A model generated the notes under the pieces. The model was given only the letters and a program-made list of their open reading frames with translations. It was not told the DNA's origin and ran no database searches. Source: a virus (taxonomy: Duplodnaviria > Heunggongvirae > Uroviricota > Caudoviricetes). From it: a DNA stretch of 5,360 bases. The position numbers and the translations under genes are program-made. Below, piece by piece: positions 1-4,989 of the stretch. The stretch lies in IMG/VR virus record IMGVR_UViG_3300022758_000450. The stretch is one strand, 5' to 3'. Positions within the stretch are counted from its first letter, which is position 1, and each line of letters starts with the position of its first letter.

Positions 1-116
1 AGCCATCATCAAAGCCCGAGATCGCGACGTTCGGTTGCCAGCATGATGAGATCGGCATATTTCACGGGTGTACTCATAACTGGTGGTAACCCGTATTTCT
101 CACGGATTACGGCGTT

Positions 117-416
117 CTATTCTTTTTTCTTCCATTCCGATTTATAGTCGAAGGAAGAATGGCAGTTCAGTGGCGCCGGGATGTCCTGGCAATACGCTTC
201 TGTTGCATCATGCATTAACGCTTCAAAAGCAAATTCCTGCGGTACCAGTTGGCTGCAAAGCACCGCATGTTGGGCGACGCTGTAGAAATGTGAAAGATGT
301 CCAGCAAAGCGACAGATATTTGAAAGAGAAACCGCGATATCGTTAATAACGATGTTGTCTTTATCTATCCTGTCATAATAAAAATGCTTCCCGGAAAAAG
401 TTTTAATAAATGACAT
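117..416 (-). CDS. HD-domain phosphohydrolase (YfbR/YfdR-like 5'-deoxynucleotidase family), segment ending at an in-frame TAG
   Basis: Track ORF 117..443 (-). Translation carries the HD-domain metal-binding pattern (AGHLSH, VAQHAV, ALMHDATEAYCQD). Preferred start is ATG at 416 (GGAG 6 nt upstream on the minus strand); the track start at 443 is a GTG with no SD. The same frame stays open past the TAG (117-119) for 35 more codons to tandem TGA-TGA at 6-11. Confidence 0.6.
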   Translation of the reverse strand: MSFIKTFSGKHFYYDRIDKDNIVINDIAVSLSNICRFAGHLSHFYSVAQHAVLCSQLVPQEFAFEALMHDATEAYCQDIPAPLNCHSSFDYKSEWKKKE

Positions 417-540
417 TTTGTTCTCCACGTATATGCACTGCACCGCGCTGAATTCGGGTAAAAGGAAGTCCTCACCGTCCGGCGATTATTGAGTCAATTA
501 CATTTCCATAAATGCCCCCGTAGGGGCGGTTAGTTTCTCC

Positions 541-629
541 ACAAAACAGAGAAGAACACCTGCGGTGGCTGCCGCCCGGATGGATTGGGTTATGAGCCCG
601 TCGTCCGGTGATGCTCTTCTCTGTTTTGT
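541..629. repeat. Perfect 15-bp inverted repeat (ACAAAACAGAGAAGA / TCTTCTCTGTTTTGT) flanking a 59-bp GC-rich core; function unknown
   Basis: Arms 541-555 and 615-629 are exact reverse complements. Lies in a GC-rich stretch (about 472-900) where the track shows only mutually overlapping, low-complexity ORFs on both strands. A GC hairpin (514-527) lies just to the left. Confidence 0.5.
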
Positions 630-929
630 AAAAAGGACGATACCAGCCGGAAGCAAGGGTACAAACTGGTACCGCCAGGACTACACACAGCATAAAGTTG
701 TGGTGCCGGGTGCCTCCCGGTGCCTGGCGAAGGTTGCACACCAGACGGGTGGGTATCCACAGAAGGTCGACTGTCAGCCTCAACCTTAACCCGCGTGCGC
801 TGAGCCGCATTCACCACAACGCTAAGGATTCTCTTTGGTTGAAAATACTTAGCTGTTATGTGCCTGTCTTTTCACCACTTCAGGCTCGGTGGTATCCTTT
901 TAAGCCCGTATACATAAAAGGAAAATCAA

Positions 930-1175
930 ATGACTTTTGATGAAAAAGAACTTGATAATGCAATTAATAAAATCATCGTAACGTCGCTCTTTTCCTGTCT
1001 CAGCGACACTCAGCAGAAACAGTTCTACGAATCGGCTTTCAACATGATCGAGCGTTGTTGTTTCTGCGATGCCGACGAGTTACCTGAAAAAATCAGGAAA
1101 CAGTTGGCTGATGCTCTTCGAGTGCGACTTTCTGACCAATTTTCTGAAATGTGCTCTCCGAATTTGGACAAATAG
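930..1175 (+). CDS. Hypothetical small protein (81 aa)
   Basis: ATG at 930 preceded by AAAGGA (917-922) at about 7 nt spacing. Translation is charged with balanced composition and 4 Cys. 3' end overlaps the convergent ORF 1093..1410 by 83 nt. Confidence 0.5.
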   Translation: MTFDEKELDNAINKIIVTSLFSCLSDTQQKQFYESAFNMIERCCFCDADELPEKIRKQLADALRVRLSDQFSEMCSPNLDK

Positions 1176-1410
1176 AAAAGGACCATTTCCATTCAGGGTC
1201 TGATGGAAATACTTCAGCCTGTTCCAAAGCACGGCGTAAAGAGAACACAACTCCAGCCATAATCTGATGTTTCCCATTGGTCCAGCTATCGCCGCTCTGA
1301 TCTACAGGGGCGGCTATGTCGTATGACCAAACGACTTCACAGTTATTGTTTAAAATCTGGACTTTCATTTCATACACCTGCTTTAACATGAGTGCATAGT
1401 GGCACAACAT
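1093..1410 (-). CDS. Hypothetical protein (105 aa, or 91 aa from internal ATG at 1368); first ORF downstream of the putative leftward early promoter
   Basis: Track ORF. ATG at 1410 lacks a clear SD; internal ATG at 1368 has AGGTG 6 nt upstream. Not arginine-rich, so not recognisably N-like. Overlaps the + strand ORF 930..1175 at the 3' end, so one of the two may be spurious. Confidence 0.4.
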   Translation of the reverse strand: MLCHYALMLKQVYEMKVQILNNNCEVVWSYDIAAPVDQSGDSWTNGKHQIMAGVVFSLRRALEQAEVFPSDPEWKWSFSICPNSESTFQKIGQKVALEEHQPTVS

Positions 1411-1497
1411 GACTCAACGAATCACCCTAGACTTTATATGCCCCAGGTGGCTACTTCGTGGGCGTCCTGCCTGTCCGTGATAGCTTACATTATGTTG

Positions 1498-1510
1498 CTA
1501 CTTAAAGTAG
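1498..1510. promoter_or_regulatory. OL-like operator: 13-bp palindrome CTACTT-A-AAGTAG matching the OR operators in 12 of 13 positions
   Basis: Perfect dyad around a central A. Its reverse complement CTACTTTAAGTAG differs by 1 nt from the twice-repeated CTATTTTAAGTAG at 3728-3763. On the minus strand it is followed directly by a near-consensus -10 (CATAAT, plus coordinates 1489-1494) upstream of the ORF starting at 1410. The -35 is weak. Confidence 0.55.
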
Positions 1511-1517
1511 TAAAAAT

Positions 1518-1546
1518 CAACAACAAAAAGTAGATATTTGTTGTTG
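1518..1546. repeat. 10-bp perfect inverted repeat (CAACAACAAA / TTTGTTGTTG) with a 9-bp spacer containing an AAGTAG operator half-site
   Basis: Arms 1518-1527 and 1537-1546 are exact reverse complements. The half-site AAGTAG (1528-1533) sits 23 bp from the matching half of the 1498-1510 operator, the same phasing as the two OR operators. Confidence 0.4.
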
Positions 1547-1691
1547 TCTATGATTTTTCTATAATTAATTGAAAGTTAAATGTTTTTGCTGATTTACTAT
1601 GCTGTAAACTGAAAATATCGCACGAAGTTGGAGTAGGTATTGAGCATAGTGAATTATGAGGAGGGAGTTTTTTATGAGATTAATCAGGGAG

Positions 1692-1724
1692 AAAGAAGAG
1701 TAAAGCCCGGTTATGCGGCCGGGC
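1692..1724 (-). terminator. Intrinsic terminator ending the minus-strand cI-side cassette
   Basis: On the minus strand, immediately after the stop at 1732-1734: GC stem GCCCGG/CCGGGC (1705-1710 with 1719-1724), 8-nt loop, then T-rich tract TTTACTCTTCTTTC (plus coordinates 1692-1704). Confidence 0.6.
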
Positions 1725-1731
1725 ACATGCA

Positions 1732-1983
1732 TTACTTTGTAAGTTCTAGAACTCGTTGAGCCAGCCCTTTAAATTGTTCGTTAAAGGCGTCTCTGCTTGA
1801 TTTCATTGTATTTAAGGCATGCCCAAATTGCCCTGAATCGCGAATTTGCTGATCACTGATGGAGAAAACAGGTGTCGCTAGTTGTTGGCTTATTGCGATT
1901 AATGAGTTGAAATCGGAAATATGCGCAAGATCATAGGCTGATAAATCTCCACTGACTGTTGTTTTGTTAATTGCATGTTGCAC
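1732..1983 (-). CDS. Hypothetical small protein (83 aa), distal gene of the ParA-like cassette
   Basis: Track ORF with GTG start at 1983, placed 1 nt after the TAA (1985-1987) that closes the ParA-like reading frame, which suggests coupled translation. Followed by the terminator. No recognisable motif. Confidence 0.5.
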   Translation of the reverse strand: MQHAINKTTVSGDLSAYDLAHISDFNSLIAISQQLATPVFSISDQQIRDSGQFGHALNTMKSSRDAFNEQFKGLAQRVLELTK

Positions 1984-1984
1984 T

Positions 1985-2815
1985 TTATCTCGTGGAATTA
2001 TGCAGGTAATTTTTTTCTAGATTTGGCACTAAGATCGAATCAACAGCATCACGGATAGCTGCCATCCATTTTTCGAAAGATTTTACAGGTGCTCCTTTAC
2101 GCGGCCTGTATCTCTGCTGAATCATACCTAGAAACTGCGGTGCATTTTTTAATTGATTGTGAAGAGTTACCATCATTATTTTCTTTAAATAATGCTAATT
2201 CTTTGTGCCAGCGAGGTATATTTTTTTGAGAGAGAGCGAATTGCTTGCCAGCAAAAAAAGTCTGGAGCTACAGGTACGATAAAATAGTCACTTGACATGA
2301 GAACTACTTCATTTAAACCTCCAACATTAGGGCTGAGATCATAAAGAATGTAATCAATATTATTCTTCATGGCGATTAGCTGTAATATTTTTTGGCAGGT
2401 TCCCTGGTATATTTTCTTGTAGCAGGAATACCAGCAGCAATTTTTTAGAGAAACACTTATCTGTGAATCTAAGTCCGAAACATCTAAATGTCCGGGAAGA
2501 AGCAGAAGGTTTTTCATGCAGTGTAGGGTGTAATTTTCCCGTTTCTTTTTCAAGGTATGCTTCAGGTTGTCCGCCATTAATCAAATATTCTACAATAGGT
2601 CCAAGAGTTAAGTTATCTCTGCTAGAATAAAAAGAATCTAAACCCTCATCAATCTTTTCATAGCCAAGAACCATTCCTGTTAGATTACATTGCGAATCAA
2701 GGTCAACCATCAATACTTTCTTGCCTTCATCCGCAAGTGCCCATCCAAGATTGAAGGTTGTTGTGGTTTTACTTACCCCACCTTTATGATTAAAAAAACA
2801 AATTGATTTTGTCAT
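1985..2815 (-). pseudogene. ParA/Soj/MinD-family P-loop ATPase gene, reading frame broken twice (+1 then -1)
   Basis: Track ORF 2360..2815 gives the N-terminus with deviant Walker A (MTKSICFFNHKGGVSKTTTTFNLGWALADEGKKVLMVDLDSQ). ORF 2185..2577, in another frame, gives the Walker B region (IDYILYDLSPNVGGLNEVVLMSSDYFIVPVAPDFF), closely matching Soj YDYIIIDSPPALGPL...IIPIQCEFF. ORF 1985..2176 is back in the first frame and resembles a ParA C-terminal region. Total span is about 277 codons, typical for Soj-type ParA. AAGGA lies 9 nt upstream of the ATG at 2815. Confidence 0.7.
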
Positions 2816-2984
2816 GTTTCTCTATCCTTTCGACCCCCAGCATATTGTAATTTACGCTGGGTGATTATTTTATATTGTTAATAATAATGTTTAATAAAAA
2901 TAAGAGAGTAAAACAACTATTAGTAATAGCACTTGCTTGCTAAATATTATTTTTTACCTTTAGTTCTATAGTCTAAACGAAGAA

Positions 2985-3746
2985 CTAAAGCCGGTTGTAT
3001 TTAATTGATTCGTGTATCAATGCTTTGCCCATAACATAAAGTTGATCTTGGGACTTCTCATCAATGTACCATTTCTCATAGGCTGGATTATCCGAAAGAA
3101 CGGCGAGTTTGTTGCCTTGCATTTGTAGACGTTTAACGTGGAACGTCTTACCATAAACGAAAGAGTAAACACCATCAGTTTGGAAGTTGCGAACAGAAAT
3201 GTCGACAAACAGTCGATCTCCGGAAACTAGAGTAGGGGACATGCTGTCGCCATTTACAGTCATAACTTTAATATCATCTTGAGAACGATTACCGAAAAGA
3301 GAACGGGCATGCTCTGTTGTGAACTCAATGGCGTAGAGCACATCAACATAGTCTGAAAGCATATAGGTCCCAGGTCCTGCGCTAACGCTAAGATCCAAAA
3401 CTTCTATCCTGTATACATCGGGTTTTGTTGGATTGGGGATGCTTGCCATTTCCTTACATCCTTCTCTCTCACCAACACCATATTCTAAATATGAAGCTGA
3501 TACCCCCAGAGCCAATGCAAGTTTATTCATGACAGAGGCACGAGGCTTCGCAGCGCCGATTGTGTATCGCCGCGCCATTTCATATGTAACGCCCACAAGA
3601 CTTTTGAGTTGGGTGACAGAAATTCCCTTGTTTGTCATTAGCTCGTTTAGTCTCTTGGCGAAATCTGGATACTTCTGTTCTTCTACCATAGGTAGAAGAT
3701 TACTCGCATCACATACGCTAGTCATTTCTATTTTAAGTAGTTGCAT
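2985..3746 (-). CDS. cI: CI-type phage repressor: N-terminal HTH (XRE family) plus C-terminal LexA-like S24 autopeptidase domain
   Basis: Track ORF. HTH segment FAKRLNELMTNKGISVTQLKSLVGVTYEMARRY; probable Ala-Gly cleavage site in LSVSAGPG; catalytic Ser in VNGDSMSPTL and Lys in HVKRL. Divergent from the cro-like gene with operators between. Start is ambiguous (ATG at 3746, 3725 or 3689); none has an SD, consistent with a leaderless PRM-type transcript. Confidence 0.88.
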   Translation of the reverse strand: MQLLKIEMTSVCDASNLLPMVEEQKYPDFAKRLNELMTNKGISVTQLKSLVGVTYEMARRYTIGAAKPRASVMNKLALALGVSASYLEYGVGEREGCKEMASIPNPTKPDVYRIEVLDLSVSAGPGTYMLSDYVDVLYAIEFTTEHARSLFGNRSQDDIKVMTVNGDSMSPTLVSGDRLFVDISVRNFQTDGVYSFVYGKTFHVKRLQMQGNKLAVLSDNPAYEKWYIDEKSQDQLYVMGKALIHESIKYNRL

Positions 3747-3787
3747 TTTGCTATTTTAAGTAGCATCATCCCTCTGAATTTCAGAGG
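3728..3787. promoter_or_regulatory. OR region: two identical 13-bp operators (3728-3740, 3751-3763) and a perfect 17-bp palindrome (3771-3787) between the divergent cI and cro starts
   Basis: CTATTTTAAGTAG occurs twice with 23-bp centre-to-centre spacing. Each copy is an imperfect dyad (10 of 13) and carries TAAAAT on the minus strand, a -10-like hexamer a few nt from the cI ATG candidates. CCTCTGAA-T-TTCAGAGG (3771-3787) is a perfect palindrome centred 22 bp from operator 2 and overlaps the cro SD. Confidence 0.6.
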
Positions 3788-3795
3788 AGAAAGGT

Positions 3796-4059
3796 ATGTC
3801 ATCTCAAAACTACACAGAGAAAGCAGTAAAAGCTGCGGGAAAATCTTTATCTGAAGTAGCCCGTCACTTTGGTTTTAAGTCCACTCAATCCGTCGCTAAT
3901 TGGGTAATTAACAATCAAGTCCCGTCAGAACGGGTTTTACAACTTTGTGAGTTGGGAAACTGGTCCGTGACCCCTCATGAACTGCGTCCTGATATTTACC
4001 CCAATCCAAATGATGGATTACCTGAGTGCTATTCAAAAGTTAGCGGTTCAGCTGCGTAA
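3796..4059 (+). CDS. cro: Cro-like small HTH regulator (YdaS-type Cro/CI family)
   Basis: ATG at 3796 with GAGGAG (3784-3789) 6 nt upstream. 87-aa protein with HTH segment KSLSEVARHFGFKSTQSVANWV. Divergent from the repressor gene across the operator region. Confidence 0.8.
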   Translation: MSSQNYTEKAVKAAGKSLSEVARHFGFKSTQSVANWVINNQVPSERVLQLCELGNWSVTPHELRPDIYPNPNDGLPECYSKVSGSAA

Positions 4060-4087
4060 ACGTAACCACAGAAACGAGGAGTTAACC

Positions 4088-4645
4088 GTGGGTAAGCATC
4101 ACTGGAAAGTAGAAAAACAGCCTGAGTGGTACGTGAAAGCAGTCAGAAAAACTATCGCAGCGTTGCCGGGGGGTTACGCTGAAGCTGCTGACTGGCTGGA
4201 CGTAACAGAGAACGCATTATTTAACCGCCTTCGTGCCGATGGCGATCAGATTTTCCCGCTGGGATGGGCAATGATTTTGCAACGTGCTGGTGGAACTCAC
4301 TTCATTGCTGACGCTGTGGCGCAGTCTGCAAATGGCATCTTTGTGTCTCTTCCTGACGTCGAGGATGTGGACAATGCCGATATTAACCAGCGTCTGCTGG
4401 AAGTCATTGAACAGATCGGCAGTTATTCCAGACAGATTCGTTCAGCAATTGAAGACGGTGTAGTGGAACCGCATGAGAAGACAGCAATTAACGACGAGCT
4501 GTATCTCTCAATTTCGAAGCTGCAGGAGCATGCAGCACTTGTCTACAAAATTTTTTGCATTTCAGAAAGTAATGACGCCCGCGAGTGTGCAGCTCCGGGC
4601 GTCGTGGCGTCGATTGCTTCTGGTTGTGGAGAAACTAACGCATGA
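4088..4645 (+). CDS. CII-like / YdaT-family early regulator (185 aa from GTG start)
   Basis: Track ORF 3977..4645. Preferred start is GTG at 4088, same frame, with GAGGAG (4076-4081) 6 nt upstream and no overlap with cro. Position (directly after cro, before the replication gene) and size match the YdaS-YdaT arrangement recalled from Rac-type prophages. Stop TGA overlaps the next ATG (ATGA at 4642-4645). Confidence 0.65.
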   Translation: MGKHHWKVEKQPEWYVKAVRKTIAALPGGYAEAADWLDVTENALFNRLRADGDQIFPLGWAMILQRAGGTHFIADAVAQSANGIFVSLPDVEDVDNADINQRLLEVIEQIGSYSRQIRSAIEDGVVEPHEKTAINDELYLSISKLQEHAALVYKIFCISESNDARECAAPGVVASIASGCGETNA

Positions 4646-4980
4646 ACAGTTTAACAACACACTACCGTCGCTCGCAACTGATTGCGCTTCCTGTACCGGG
4701 TGGAAAAGCGAAGGTGGAATATTGCTATGCAGTAAATGTACCAGGTGACAGGGAAATTGTAACCCACAGCTTTGCAGAGTGGGCTGTGGGGGATTTCAAC
4801 CGGCAGAAGGAGACAGTCCTTTGCGACAAGTTAACCGCTGGTTCAAAGATCACTACGGAGTGCCCGTCAGAGTCATTCGTTGGGAGCCGGAAACACAACG
4901 GGTTATCTACCTCCGCGAAGGTTATGAGCATGAATGCTTCAGTCCGCTCGAACAGTTTCGTCGTAAATTCAGGGAAATAG
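4642..4980 (+). CDS. Hypothetical small protein; reading frame ambiguous (alternative frame 4779..5000), possibly frameshifted
   Basis: ATG at 4642 is coupled to the upstream stop (ATGA), with GGAG about 11 nt upstream. The first ~55 residues look protein-like, but the C-terminal third is S/T/N-rich. The overlapping frame 4779..5000 (GTG start, no SD) looks more protein-like downstream of about 4800 and ends 8 nt past the O-like ATG. Confidence 0.35.
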   Translation: MNSLTTHYRRSQLIALPVPGGKAKVEYCYAVNVPGDREIVTHSFAEWAVGDFNRQKETVLCDKLTAGSKITTECPSESFVGSRKHNGLSTSAKVMSMNASVRSNSFVVNSGK

Positions 4981-4989
4981 AGGTCGGTC

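Noticed and set aside
83-346. Plus-strand ORF (87 aa) antisense to the HD-domain gene
   Set aside because: Lies entirely within the better-supported minus-strand HD gene; R/P/G-rich low-complexity translation; no SD.
472-940. Four mutually overlapping ORFs (472..810 -, 565..789 +, 590..817 -, 698..940 +)
   Set aside because: All fall in a GC-rich stretch where stop codons are rare by composition. The translations are R/G/P-rich and not protein-like, overlap one another in different frames, and lack SDs. Treated as non-coding.
1080-1277. Minus-strand ORF (65 aa)
   Set aside because: Nested inside the 930..1175 and 1093..1410 overlap in a third frame; basic low-complexity translation.
1656-1703. 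Mini-ORF (9-15 codons) with a strong AGGAGGG SD, ending just before the terminator hairpin
   Set aside because: Too short to evaluate, no downstream plus-strand gene for it to act as a leader peptide, and the hairpin is a terminator only in the minus-strand orientation. Probably fortuitous.
1742-1753. Perfect 12-bp palindrome AGTTCTAGAACT
   Set aside because: A 12-bp even palindrome is expected about once by chance in 5 kb; it lies inside the coding sequence of the 83-aa ORF.
3017-3759. ORFs 3017..3208 (-) and 3433..3759 (+) overlapping the repressor gene
   Set aside because: Alternative-frame and antisense ORFs inside the well-supported cI-like gene; hydrophobic low-complexity translations.
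3977-4087. Upstream ATG starts (3977 or 4010) for the CII/YdaT-like gene
   Set aside because: They would overlap cro by 50-83 nt and have no SD, whereas GTG 4088 has a GAGGAG at ideal spacing. Kept as a possibility only.
4574-4603. 8-bp GC-rich inverted repeat (GACGCCCG / CGGGCGTC, 14-nt spacer) near the 3' end of the CII-like gene, considered as an oop-like antisense terminator
   Set aside because: An 8-bp inverted repeat is expected by chance in a window this size, and the flanking tract is only weakly U-rich on the minus strand. Insufficient evidence.
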